This document shows positions 43,987 through 53,722 of a stretch of DNA of 64,000 bases, piece by piece. The notes beneath the pieces were generated by a model. It was not told the DNA's origin. It searched no databases and saw only the letters and a list, made by a program, of their open reading frames with translations. The number at the start of each line of letters is the position of its first letter. Position 1 is the stretch's first letter. This stretch comes from Desulfatiglandales bacterium. Its GTDB lineage: Bacteria > Desulfobacterota > DSM-4660 > Desulfatiglandales > Desulfatiglandaceae. Both the position numbers and the translations under genes were made by a program. Location of the stretch: positions 3,008,001 through 3,072,000 of the forward strand of contig OY759599.1 of the NCBI GenBank assembly GCA_963662465.1, written 5' to 3'.

Positions 43987-45606
43987 TTAAGTTTCAGGGC
44001 GGGCACGAAACCTGCCCCCGCGGGTTTTTCGAAGGATGCTCCACAGGATCAAAAGGATTCCCAACCCCAGGGAAATCCGTCCCAGCCAATCGCCATGCCG
44101 GGCAAAGAAGGTGAGCCCCCGGCGAAGGCGGACCTCTCCCGTGAGGGTCGCCTTTTGCCACCAGGGGGTTTGGGCCGTCACCATCCCTTTGGCATCGATC
44201 AGGGCGGAAATACCGGTGTTGGCCACGCGAACCAGATCCCGGCGGCATTCGATGGCGCGAATGGGACTGAAATTGAAGTGATGTTGATACCCCGGCGTGT
44301 TTTTCCACCACCCGTCGTTGGTGATCATGCAGATAAACCCCTTTTGCTCGGTCAGATTTTGAGCGCAGTAGGGGCCGAATACCGATTCAAAACAGACGAT
44401 GGGCAGGATGCTGGTGGAACCGTCGGACAATTCAAAATGAGAACTCGCCTGTCGGTCGCTGTAGGCGCCGTTATACCCCCCAAGCTCAAGAGAGAACCGT
44501 CCCAGAAAGCCCACATATTGCACAAACGGCATTCGCTCGAATATGGGCACCAGTTTGGTCTTGTGATAGAACTGGGGGGCAGCGCCAGGGACCAGGAAAA
44601 GGGCCGTATTAAAGGCCTCGTAGTAAAACCCCTTTTCCCGGTCAAAACGACTCCCCGGCGGAACATCCCGGCCCAGCTTCCGGTAACTGTGGATGCCCAG
44701 GAGGCAATTGAGCCGTGGGTGTTTTTCCCGAAAATCCATTAATTGACGGTAATAGGGCGATGCCAAAGGGTTTTCCTCATCGATCCGTTGTACAATAAAG
44801 GTTTCGGGACCCAACAGATACCGGGTCTCGTCATTGCAAAGCGTCTCCGCAACCCTGAAAAATTCTTCCAGGTGTCGAGCCTGTTTTTCCGGGACAAACT
44901 TTTCCGTGTAGGGATCAAGATTCGGCTGAATCAGAGCGATCTTGACCGTTTCGCCCTCTTCTTGAAAATTGCGGTACAGTTGATACGATAAAAAGGAGGG
45001 GACCCATAACAAAAGAAAGATTCCCACTCCAACAAGGGCCATTGAACCCGCACCCCTTTTTTGACAGATCCCGTATGCCTTGAAGACGGCAAAATTGGTC
45101 AGAATGATCCAGAGGCTTCCACCACGAACACCGGTAAACTCAACCCATTGGATGAGCCCCGGCGCCGTGACCAGGGCGTTCCCCAGGTTAAACCAGGGCC
45201 AGGCCAGATCCCAGATGTTGTGAAAATATTCGTACCCCATCCAGATGAACAGAAAAGGGAAAAACAACGGTATTTTCACGATGGTTCGCACACGGCTTGC
45301 GGACCAGAACACAAGGGCCTGTAAAAGGGCATTGGCCAGGATGATGCATATGGCCCCCAGCCATTGGGCCTGAACAATCCACCAGGATCCCAGGATATTC
45401 CAAAGCAGGAACCCGGCAAAGGCGAGATTAAAGAGGGCGTAAGGGTTCCGGTTGTCAGGATGGTCGTGGATATCCGCTTCCAGTTGAAACAGGGGAACCC
45501 AGGCAATAAAGATCAGAAAGAAAAATACGGGAATAACCCAGGGGATACCCAGCAACAAGCCGCCGGCCAGAGCAAAGGAAAGGTCTTTTCTGATGTTCGA
45601 ATTCAT
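43987..45606 (-). CDS. lnt: Apolipoprotein N-acyltransferase
   Basis: QPN, PET, KTKLVP, VCFES, TNDGWW, ANTGIS. Confidence 0.92.
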   Translation of the reverse strand: MNSNIRKDLSFALAGGLLLGIPWVIPVFFFLIFIAWVPLFQLEADIHDHPDNRNPYALFNLAFAGFLLWNILGSWWIVQAQWLGAICIILANALLQALVFWSASRVRTIVKIPLFFPFLFIWMGYEYFHNIWDLAWPWFNLGNALVTAPGLIQWVEFTGVRGGSLWIILTNFAVFKAYGICQKRGAGSMALVGVGIFLLLWVPSFLSYQLYRNFQEEGETVKIALIQPNLDPYTEKFVPEKQARHLEEFFRVAETLCNDETRYLLGPETFIVQRIDEENPLASPYYRQLMDFREKHPRLNCLLGIHSYRKLGRDVPPGSRFDREKGFYYEAFNTALFLVPGAAPQFYHKTKLVPIFERMPFVQYVGFLGRFSLELGGYNGAYSDRQASSHFELSDGSTSILPIVCFESVFGPYCAQNLTEQKGFICMITNDGWWKNTPGYQHHFNFSPIRAIECRRDLVRVANTGISALIDAKGMVTAQTPWWQKATLTGEVRLRRGLTFFARHGDWLGRISLGLGILLILWSILRKTRGGRFRARPET

Positions 45607-45940
45607 TTGATCTCGAATTTCTGGTGCAAGATAAGCCTGATCCGGCAAAAAGCAACGGGTTATTTTCCCTTTCCAGGATTTTACCATGATGAATCGGAAC
45701 TTTAGGTTCGCCTAGCTGCAATACGGGAACCGGCGGTTCTCTCTCTCGGGCGTTATGATAAATAAAACCAGTTTAATATCAACATGTTACGATTATGGCA
45801 CGACAAATGCAGTGTCATACGGGAGAGGGGAATGCAACCCCCATAAAAAACAGGACGAAAAGGCGCCGGGTATTCCGCGTTTGCTTCGGAAGCGGAGTGC
45901 CCTATTATATTTTATGAGAAGCAATGGGAGGCAAGAAATA

Positions 45941-47296
45941 ATGGAAGAGGAGATTCTCACCGCGGATGATAGTGAACCCCCCAATATCAGGGCGGCATTT
46001 GGGGCTTGTTTAGCGGCGAAAGCGTGTTTACCCGCAAAGCGACACCGGGCCAAAAAAGCCAAGGTCACATACCTGAAAAAGGTGGCGGAAGTATCCAGGT
46101 TCCATGTAAGTCCTGCTGCCTGCGATTTTCAAAAAAAGTATTTTCCTAAAATCAGCCCGGCCGAATGGGACGACTGGCACTGGCAACTGAAAAACCGAAT
46201 CACCAGCCTTTCCCAACTGGCCCCCATGATCCATCTTTCCCATGAGGAAAACGAGGCCATCAACCATTGCAGCAGGGGGCTCCCCCTTGCCGTTACGCCC
46301 TACTATGCAAGCCTCCTGGAACAGGACAATCCTTTTCAACCCTTGCGCCGTGCAGTGATCCCCGTTACCGCCGAGCAGCAATCCTTCCCCGGAGAAGCAT
46401 CAGACCCCCTGGGCGAAGAAAACGACAGTCCGGTTCCCGGTCTAATCCACCGTTATCCCGACAGGGTGTTGTTCCTGGTCACCGATTTTTGCTCCACCTA
46501 CTGCCGTTACTGCACCCGTTCACGGATGGTGGGTCAAAAAGGCGGCGGGACCTTTCATAAGGCTCGCCTTGAAAAGGCGCTGGCATACATCCGGGAACAC
46601 CCGGAAATCAGGGATGTTCTCATTTCGGGCGGGGATCCCTTGACCTTGTCCGATACAAAACTGGAGTGGCTCCTTTCCCGGTTGAAACAGATTTCCCATG
46701 TGGAATTCGTGCGCATCGGCACCAAGGTCCCCGTGGTGCTCCCTCAGCGCATTACCCCGGCACTCACCCGAATGTTGAAACGCTATCATCCCCTGTGGAT
46801 CAGCATCCATTTCACCCATCCCGATGAACTCACCCCTGAAACGGTGCAGGCCTGCGGGCGTCTTGCGGATGCGGGCATTCCACTGGGAAGCCAGACGGTT
46901 CTCCTGAAAGGCATCAATGACCAGGTGGACACCATGAAGCGCCTGGTACAGGGTCTTCTGAAGGCGCGGGTAAGGCCGTACTACCTGTATCAGTGCGATC
47001 CGATCACAGGCTCGGCCCACTTCCGCACCACCGTGGAAAAGGGTCTGGAGATCATCAGGGGGTTGCGGGGGCATACAACGGGATATGCCGTTCCCAACTA
47101 TGTGATTGACGCCCCCGGGGGAGGCGGAAAGATTCCGTTGCTCCCGGAATATTTCATGGGCCGGGACGGGGATGATCTCGTGCTGAAAAACTATCAGGGC
47201 AGGCTTTATCGTTATCCGGATCCCGTGGATCAATGCATGGGAGACACTCCCGCCCCCACCCCTTGTCTTAACGAACAGGAGGGACCTGCATGCTGA
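45941..47296 (+). CDS. KamA-family radical SAM aminomutase (lysine 2,3-aminomutase-like)
   Basis: HRYPDRVL, CSTYCRYC, SGGDPL, YLYQCD, IDAPGGGGKIP. Confidence 0.92.
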   Translation: MEEEILTADDSEPPNIRAAFGACLAAKACLPAKRHRAKKAKVTYLKKVAEVSRFHVSPAACDFQKKYFPKISPAEWDDWHWQLKNRITSLSQLAPMIHLSHEENEAINHCSRGLPLAVTPYYASLLEQDNPFQPLRRAVIPVTAEQQSFPGEASDPLGEENDSPVPGLIHRYPDRVLFLVTDFCSTYCRYCTRSRMVGQKGGGTFHKARLEKALAYIREHPEIRDVLISGGDPLTLSDTKLEWLLSRLKQISHVEFVRIGTKVPVVLPQRITPALTRMLKRYHPLWISIHFTHPDELTPETVQACGRLADAGIPLGSQTVLLKGINDQVDTMKRLVQGLLKARVRPYYLYQCDPITGSAHFRTTVEKGLEIIRGLRGHTTGYAVPNYVIDAPGGGGKIPLLPEYFMGRDGDDLVLKNYQGRLYRYPDPVDQCMGDTPAPTPCLNEQEGPAC

Positions 47297-48291
47297 TCGG
47301 GCTGACCTATGACCTTCGAGACGACTACCTCAATGCCGGTTTCAGCAAAGAGGATACAGCGGAATTTGACAGTGAAGCGGTGATTCTGGGCATTGAAGGG
47401 GCACTGGGGGCATTGGGTTACCGCACGGAGCGGATCGGAAACATCCGGAGTCTGATCCGGAAACTGGATCGGGGCGACACCTGGGACCTGGTTTTCAACA
47501 TTGCCGAGGGCCTCAGGGGATTCGGCAGAGAAGCGCAGGTCCCCGCTCTCCTGGATGCATACGACATTCCCTATACCTTTTCCGATCCCCTGGTGCTGAG
47601 TCTGACGCTGCATAAGGGGATGACCAAGCGGGTCATCCGCGACCTGGGGATTCCCACACCGGACTTTCGCGTCATAGAAACCGGTCGGGATGCGGAAAAA
47701 ATCGACCTTCCCCTTCCCCTCTTTGCCAAACCCGTGGCCGAGGGAACCGGCAAGGGCATCGATGCCGCATCGAAGATCTCCCAAAGGGATCATATTGTCC
47801 CGGTGTGCCGTGGGCTTTTGGGCCGGTTCAACCAGCCGGTTCTGGTGGAAACCTTTCTTCCGGGAAGGGAATTTACCGTGGGCATTGTGGGAACAGGTGA
47901 AAACGCCGTCGTCATCGGCGTGATGGAGGTATTGCTCCGTCAAGAGGCGGAGCAGGGCGCCTATTCCTTCTTGAACAAGGAACGATTCGAGGATCTGGTG
48001 GAATACCGTCTCGTGGAAGATGAGGAATCAAAAAGGGCCGAAGAAGTGGCTTTGGCGTCCTGGCGAGGTCTTGGATGCCGGGATGCGGGACGGGTGGACC
48101 TTCGAAGCGACGGGAACGCCGTCCCCAACTTCATCGAAGTAAATCCCCTGGCCGGGCTCCATCCCGTGCATTCGGATCTTCCCATCCTCTCTTATCTGGC
48201 CGGGGTAACTTATCAGGAACTCATTGAAATGATAATGGAATCTGTCGAACGAAGGCTTCGAAACCAGGAATCGCCGAAAACGGAGGCCTGA
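47290..48291 (+). CDS. D-Ala-D-Ala ligase-like ATP-grasp protein 1
   Basis: VFNIAEG, KPVAEGTGKGI, GREFTVG, RVDLR, EVNPLAGL. Confidence 0.88.
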   Translation: MLIGLTYDLRDDYLNAGFSKEDTAEFDSEAVILGIEGALGALGYRTERIGNIRSLIRKLDRGDTWDLVFNIAEGLRGFGREAQVPALLDAYDIPYTFSDPLVLSLTLHKGMTKRVIRDLGIPTPDFRVIETGRDAEKIDLPLPLFAKPVAEGTGKGIDAASKISQRDHIVPVCRGLLGRFNQPVLVETFLPGREFTVGIVGTGENAVVIGVMEVLLRQEAEQGAYSFLNKERFEDLVEYRLVEDEESKRAEEVALASWRGLGCRDAGRVDLRSDGNAVPNFIEVNPLAGLHPVHSDLPILSYLAGVTYQELIEMIMESVERRLRNQESPKTEA

Positions 48292-48296
48292 TCCCC

Positions 48297-49307
48297 ATGA
48301 AAGCGGTTATCGTTTATGATAAAATCGCCGAAAAGATGACCGATCCGGACCACAAGGATGTGCTCGAACAGGTCCGGGCGGTCGGCGAGGTTCTGGGCGC
48401 CATGGGATATACGCCCCTCGAACTGGGGATCACCATGGACCTGGCTAACCTGGAGGAGAAACTGAACGCTTTTTGCCCCGACGTTGTGTTCAACCTGGTG
48501 GAGTCTCTATCAGGCGCCGGCCGGTTGATCCACCTGGCGCCCGCCGTCCTGGAGTTTCTTGGGTTCCCTTATACGGGCGCCCCCGCGGATGCGTTGTATC
48601 AAACCTCTAATAAGGCCGTTTCAAAGCGGCTGCTGCAAGGATCGGATCTCCCCACCCCGGAGGCATTTTTTCAGGAAGGCGGTCTAAACCATTTAATGCC
48701 CCGGAAGGGAACCCACTACATCATCAAATCCGTCTGGGAACATGCCTCCATCGGGATCGAGGATGATTCGGTGGTGGTGGTTCAGGATAAAGCGCAACTG
48801 GTCCAGGCCATGGCATCCCGAAGAAAGGCCCTCGGAGGGAGCTGCTTTGCGGAGAGATATATTGAAGGGCGGGAATTCAATCTTTCCCTGTTGACGTCCC
48901 CTGAAGGCCCTCTGCTGCTCCCCCCCGCGGAAATCCGGTTTGACCGGTTCCCTCCCGGAAAACGAAAAATCGTGGGGTACACGGCCAAGTGGGATACGGC
49001 TTCGTTTGAATACCATCATACCCCGCGCAGTTTCCAATTTCCCCCGGAAGATGCGCCCCTGCTGGACCGCATGGCGGATTTGGCCAAAAGGTGCTGGCGT
49101 CTTTTCGGCATCCGGGGTTACGCAAGGGTGGATTTCAGGGTTGACCATGACAATAACCCGTGGATACTGGAGGTCAATGCAAACCCCTGCCTGTCACCGG
49201 ACGCGGGATTCGCGGCCGCCGCCGCCCGTTCGGGCCTTCCCTTTGGGGAAGTGGTCGAAAGAATCGTAAACGAAACGCTCAACCGGGAACATTTGCAATC
49301 CCTCTGA
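48297..49307 (+). CDS. D-Ala-D-Ala ligase-like ATP-grasp protein 2
   Basis: VFNLVES, KSVWEHASIGI, GREFNL, YARVDFR, EVNANPCL. Confidence 0.88.
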   Translation: MKAVIVYDKIAEKMTDPDHKDVLEQVRAVGEVLGAMGYTPLELGITMDLANLEEKLNAFCPDVVFNLVESLSGAGRLIHLAPAVLEFLGFPYTGAPADALYQTSNKAVSKRLLQGSDLPTPEAFFQEGGLNHLMPRKGTHYIIKSVWEHASIGIEDDSVVVVQDKAQLVQAMASRRKALGGSCFAERYIEGREFNLSLLTSPEGPLLLPPAEIRFDRFPPGKRKIVGYTAKWDTASFEYHHTPRSFQFPPEDAPLLDRMADLAKRCWRLFGIRGYARVDFRVDHDNNPWILEVNANPCLSPDAGFAAAAARSGLPFGEVVERIVNETLNREHLQSL

Positions 49308-49322
49308 ACAAAGATCGCAACC

Positions 49323-49820
49323 ATGCATCCAAAACCCATGCGCTTTAGAGAAGCGCCCGTTCAGGGCGACAGGAAAAGGGTTCGAGAGATCATTGCCTCC
49401 TCCGGATTTTTTTCCCACGAAGAGATCGAGGTAGCCGACGAGCTGGTGCAGGAGCGACTTGGCAAAGGGATTTCAAGCGGATACCTGTTTCTGTTTGCGG
49501 AAGTGGAAGGCCGCGTCGTGGGATATGCCTGTTACGGTCCCATTCCCTGCACCCTTCAAAGCTACGACCTTTACTGGATTGCCGTGGAGGAGACCCTGCG
49601 GGGGGCGGGGGTCGGCCGGGAGTTGCTTCGAAGATCCGAACAGGCCATGGCACGAGCCGGGGGCACGCGCATCTACGTTGAAACCAGCTCCCGTGAACAA
49701 TACGGATCCACCAGGGCCTTCTACGACGCCTGTGGTTATGGGGAAGCGGCCGTGCTGGAAGATTTCTACTCCCCCGGGGATCACAAAGTGATTTATCTGA
49801 AGGTGCTGCCGGGAAAATAA
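49323..49820 (+). CDS. GNAT-family N-acetyltransferase
   Basis: LYWIAV...RGAGVGRELL, RAFYDACGY. Confidence 0.9.
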   Translation: MHPKPMRFREAPVQGDRKRVREIIASSGFFSHEEIEVADELVQERLGKGISSGYLFLFAEVEGRVVGYACYGPIPCTLQSYDLYWIAVEETLRGAGVGRELLRRSEQAMARAGGTRIYVETSSREQYGSTRAFYDACGYGEAAVLEDFYSPGDHKVIYLKVLPGK

Positions 49821-49847
49821 CTTCAGTAACGATCAGGATTCTCTCTG

Positions 49848-50231
49848 CTAATATTCCCCGAGTCCTTGCAGAATACCCTTGGTCAGGGTCACCAGTTGCT
49901 CCATGGTGAGCGGTTTTTTCATGATTTCAAATGCCAGTCCTTCCCGCTTTGCCTGGTTCAGTTCTTCCAGAAATTCACCATAAAAGGCCGTAATAATGTA
50001 AATGGGAACATCCGGATCGATGGCTCTCAATTTTGCCAGGGTTTCCACGCCGTTCATGCCGGGCATTTTAAGATCAAGGTATATCAGATCATATTTCTGT
50101 TCTTTGGCTATTTCAACACCCTTTTGTCCGGACGGCGCGGTGTCTACCTGGAAATCGGTTTCTTCCAGGGCAAGGAGGAAAACCTTCCTGATGGCCTCGT
50201 CGTCATCGATTACAAGAATTCGTTTGATCAT
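49848..50231 (-). CDS. Single-domain response regulator
   Basis: ILVIDDD, LDLKMPGMNG, KP; GGAG RBS before ATG 50231. Confidence 0.9.
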   Translation of the reverse strand: MIKRILVIDDDEAIRKVFLLALEETDFQVDTAPSGQKGVEIAKEQKYDLIYLDLKMPGMNGVETLAKLRAIDPDVPIYIITAFYGEFLEELNQAKREGLAFEIMKKPLTMEQLVTLTKGILQGLGEY

Positions 50232-52227
50232 CGGTTGTCTCCTTTTTGGATTGTTGATTGTTGATTGTTGATTGGTGATTGTTGATTGGTGATTGGTGAT
50301 TGGTGATTGTTGATTGGTGATTGGGCAGTTCCATGATGAAGGTCGTTCCTTTTCCCAGTTCACTCTCACAGCGTATCTTCCCGCCCTGAGATTCGATAAT
50401 GCTTCTGGATACGGAAAGTCCCAAACCGGTTCCTTTTCCCACGGGCTTGGTGGTGAAAAAAGGATCAAAAATCCTTTCCATCTGTTCGGCGGGGATACCG
50501 CGGCCCGTATCACTGACGGCGATCTCAATCCATTCTCCGGCCGACCGCACTTCAAATCGGATTTCTTTTGTCTTGGTTTCATGCACGGCATCCAGGGCAT
50601 TGGTCATGAGATTGAGGAAGACCTGTTGCAGGCTGTTTCCCTTGGCCCGGATCTCCCGACATTCCTCCGGGATACAGCTTATGACCCGGATGTTGTCCTT
50701 CTCGATCCGGTAGGCCAAAAGCCTTGACACCCGTTCAAAGATATCCGCACAGTCTATCCGTCGAAATCCTTCCGCCTCCAGTTGCCCCATGTGAGAAAAA
50801 GTCAACAGGTTCCGGACCAGGTCCACGCATCTCCCGGTTTCACGCAGGGCATCTTTTAAAATCCCGTGCCGTTTGTCCTCCCGGGGGGTATGTTTGAGGC
50901 AGTACTCGATAAACCCGTTTATGCCCATCATGGGATTGTTCAATTCATGGGCAATGCCGCCCGCCATCATGCCCAGGGCCGTCATCTTTTCCGTCATGAT
51001 CCGGCTCTGCTCCTCAAGCCTGCGAGCGGTCACATCCCTGATGAGCGCCCACAGGCAGCCGGGAGTTCCCTGTCCATCCTTTGTGAGCCAGAGCCTGACG
51101 GCCGCCGCAAAAACAGACCCGTCCTTGCGCACATACTCCTTTTCGTATTCATCCGAGTATCCCCTCCGCATGACCTGCTTCTCGAGTATCTCCGCTTCCA
51201 TGCGATGCCATTTCAAGGGCGTCAAATCTTTGCGGTTGAATTTTGTCAGCTCATCCCTTCCATAGCCGGTCATATCCAGAAATGCCTGGTTTGCATCCAG
51301 GAATCTGCCGTTCATGGCACAAAAGGTAATGCCGTCCCGGCTCGATTCATAGAGGGTTCGATACTTCTCTTCGCTGTTTTTCAATGCCTCCAGGGTTTTG
51401 ATGCGATCCCGCATGTCCCGCGCCACAAGGACGGCGCCGGGAGAATCGTCCTTTCCATGGCTAAGCGTCGAGGCTGATACCTGCACGGGAATCAACACCC
51501 CGTCTTTTGTCCGAAGCTGAACATCGCTGTTCCGGTACATCAGGCCTCTGATTTCATCAGGGCCGGAGAGCGCCGCGGGAGTGAGCAGCAGGGAGGCGGA
51601 TGGGGAATCCTCAAAAAGGCGGGCCAACGGCTTTCCCGTGATCTCGCCCGCTGCATATCCGGACAGGGAAACCAGGGCTTCGTTCACGGTGCGGATCATG
51701 CCGTCGCCGGAAACCACCATCACCGCATCGACCATGGAAAGGAGAATGTTTTCCAGATAACCCCTGGCCTTCTCCACCTCGATCTTTTCCACCAGTTCAC
51801 GCCGTTGCCGATCAAGCTCCAGGAAAACCCTGACCTTGGCCAGCATGATCTCGGGCAGGTAGGGCTTGGTCACAAAGTCCACGGCCCCGGCCGCATACCC
51901 CCTGAAAACATGCTGCTCATCCGAATAAACGGCCGACAGAAAGATGATGGGAAGTCGCCGGGTTTTTTCATCGCCTCTCAGGTATTCGGCCAACTCATAA
52001 CCATCCATCTCCGGCATCTGCACATCCAGGATGGCCAGGGCAAAATCGTGGTGCAACGTGGCTTTCAGAGCCTCATTTCCGCTGCTTGCACGAATGGTCC
52101 GCGCCCCCGTTTCCCGCAACACCCTTTCGAGGGCCAGCAGGTTTTCGGGCCGGTCGTCCACGATGAGGATTTCTTGCGCTTCGTTTGGATTGTTGATTGG
52201 TGATTGTTGATTGTTGATTGCCGTCAT
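50203..52227 (-). CDS. REC-PAS-PAS histidine kinase
   Basis: LIVDDRPEN, two PAS, AHELNNP, GKGTGLGL; both termini encoded by 7-bp repeats. Confidence 0.9.
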   Translation of the reverse strand: MTAINNQQSPINNPNEAQEILIVDDRPENLLALERVLRETGARTIRASSGNEALKATLHHDFALAILDVQMPEMDGYELAEYLRGDEKTRRLPIIFLSAVYSDEQHVFRGYAAGAVDFVTKPYLPEIMLAKVRVFLELDRQRRELVEKIEVEKARGYLENILLSMVDAVMVVSGDGMIRTVNEALVSLSGYAAGEITGKPLARLFEDSPSASLLLTPAALSGPDEIRGLMYRNSDVQLRTKDGVLIPVQVSASTLSHGKDDSPGAVLVARDMRDRIKTLEALKNSEEKYRTLYESSRDGITFCAMNGRFLDANQAFLDMTGYGRDELTKFNRKDLTPLKWHRMEAEILEKQVMRRGYSDEYEKEYVRKDGSVFAAAVRLWLTKDGQGTPGCLWALIRDVTARRLEEQSRIMTEKMTALGMMAGGIAHELNNPMMGINGFIEYCLKHTPREDKRHGILKDALRETGRCVDLVRNLLTFSHMGQLEAEGFRRIDCADIFERVSRLLAYRIEKDNIRVISCIPEECREIRAKGNSLQQVFLNLMTNALDAVHETKTKEIRFEVRSAGEWIEIAVSDTGRGIPAEQMERIFDPFFTTKPVGKGTGLGLSVSRSIIESQGGKIRCESELGKGTTFIMELPNHQSTITNHQSPINNHQSTINNQQSKKETTDDQTNSCNR
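50250..50322. repeat. 7-bp tandem repeat (ATTGTTG/ATTGGTG), about 10 units
   Basis: Directly visible; same family at 52190-52220, 52297-52329, 53693-53726, 59463-59503. Confidence 0.9.
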
Positions 52228-52329
52228 CGTCCCGAATACCCGTGCCCTTTCCCTTTACGCCTCAAATCAAGAATTCTGAACCCAAAATCCGAAAATTCAA
52301 TCGCCAATCATCAATCAACAATCGCCAAT
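52190..52329. repeat. Inverted pair of ATTGTTG-family 7-bp repeat tracts
   Basis: attgttgattggtgattgttgattgttgattg ... caatcgccaatcatcaatcaacaatcgccaat. Confidence 0.8.
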
Positions 52330-52898
52330 AAAAAATCGCCCATCTCCTCCAATGTCATCACCCGGTCCACCACTCCCGCATCAATAGCCGCCGCCGGCAT
52401 GAAAGGGGTTTCCGCCGTGCCGGGGTCCTGGGCGATGGTCAGTCCGCCGCATTCCTTGATCCTGCGAAGACCACAAGAGCCATCCTGATTGGCGCCGGTC
52501 AGGATGATGCCGATCAGTCCGGCGCCCCACACCTCCGCCGCGCTTTCAAACAACACGTCGATGGAAGGCCGTGAATAGTTGATCTTGGCATCGATGGACA
52601 GGGAAAAGCTTTCATCCCTTTCCACCAGGAGATGGTAATTGGCGGGTGCAATGTACACATGACCTTTCAGAATCGGCGTTTTATCTTCAACCCCCTCGAC
52701 CGGAAGTGGGCATCTCCTGCTTAAGAATTCCGGCAGATACCCCCCTTCCAATGGGTGCAGGTGCTGAACCGCGATGATGGACAACGGAAAGGTCCCGGGA
52801 AGCATCGAAAACAACTTCCCCAAAGCGGCCATGCCGCCGGCCGATGCGCCGATGGTCACGCATCTATAGGCGCTTTTGATAGATTTTTGCCTTGGCAT
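52311..52898 (-). CDS. cheB: CheB-type methylesterase without receiver domain
   Basis: GASAGG, VQH, RPSIDVLFESAA, LTGANQDG. Confidence 0.9.
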   Translation of the reverse strand: MPRQKSIKSAYRCVTIGASAGGMAALGKLFSMLPGTFPLSIIAVQHLHPLEGGYLPEFLSRRCPLPVEGVEDKTPILKGHVYIAPANYHLLVERDESFSLSIDAKINYSRPSIDVLFESAAEVWGAGLIGIILTGANQDGSCGLRRIKECGGLTIAQDPGTAETPFMPAAAIDAGVVDRVMTLEEMGDFLLAIVD

Positions 52899-53688
52899 CG
52901 ATTATCCTGAAATCTCTTCCAGCCCGCGAAAATTGAACCGATTCCTTGGACCCCAGACAGAGAAACCCGCCGCGAACCAGGGCCTCACTGAAAAGAGCGA
53001 GAACCTGGTCCTGGAGTTCCCTGTCGAAATAGATCAGTACGTTCCGGCATAAAATCAGGTGGATCTCGCTGAAAACACCGTCCGTAACCAGGTTGTGGTT
53101 GGCAAAGGTCATATTCTGTTTCAGCATCTGATCCATGGCAATCGCCCCGTATTCGGCATGATAGTATTGGGAAAAGGAACCCGTGCCGCCTGATTTCTGA
53201 TAGTTCTCGGTAAACAGCTTCATACCCCCCAGATCGAATATGCCCTCCCTTGCCTTTTGCAGAACCCGGTCGTTAAAATCGGTGGCATAGATGGTTGTCT
53301 TGTCATAGATGCCCGTCTCCTTCAACATAATGGCCAGGGAATAGGCCTCTTCGCCGCTGGCACATCCCGCATGCCAGACCTTGATGAAAGGGTAGGTTTT
53401 GAGCACCGGCAGCACATTTTCCCGAAGACTTCGATAAACAAAGGGATCGCGAAACATCTCAGTGACGGGGACGGAAAACTGCCCCAGAAAATCCGCGAAA
53501 AAGGCTTCATCGTGAAGCAGTTTCGGAACTAATTCGGAGATGTGGGCACACCCCGCCCTGGGTAGAAACTGCCTGACCCTCCGCTCCACCGAAGCCCTCG
53601 CATAATGCCTGAAATCGTGGCCGTATCGCTGAAATATCGCCTCGAGGAGAAGGTCGATCTCAATGGCTTCGATTTTCAATTCGTCCAT
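52864..53688 (-). CDS. cheR: CheR-type methyltransferase
   Basis: VTEMFRD, WHAGCASGEEAYS, ILCRNVLIYF. Confidence 0.92.
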   Translation of the reverse strand: MDELKIEAIEIDLLLEAIFQRYGHDFRHYARASVERRVRQFLPRAGCAHISELVPKLLHDEAFFADFLGQFSVPVTEMFRDPFVYRSLRENVLPVLKTYPFIKVWHAGCASGEEAYSLAIMLKETGIYDKTTIYATDFNDRVLQKAREGIFDLGGMKLFTENYQKSGGTGSFSQYYHAEYGAIAMDQMLKQNMTFANHNLVTDGVFSEIHLILCRNVLIYFDRELQDQVLALFSEALVRGGFLCLGSKESVQFSRAGRDFRIIDAKAKIYQKRL

Positions 53689-53722
53689 GGTCAATCCCAA
53701 ATCAACAATCAACAATCAACAA

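Noticed and set aside
45941..49820. Calling the cluster ablAB, epmB, lysine-fermentation kamA or housekeeping ddl
   Set aside because: No efp/epmA or kamDE nearby, two ligases intervene, and the ligases lack canonical Ddl motifs
50250..50322. Repeat tracts as a CRISPR array
   Set aside because: 7-bp tandem units with no spacers; no cas genes in the window
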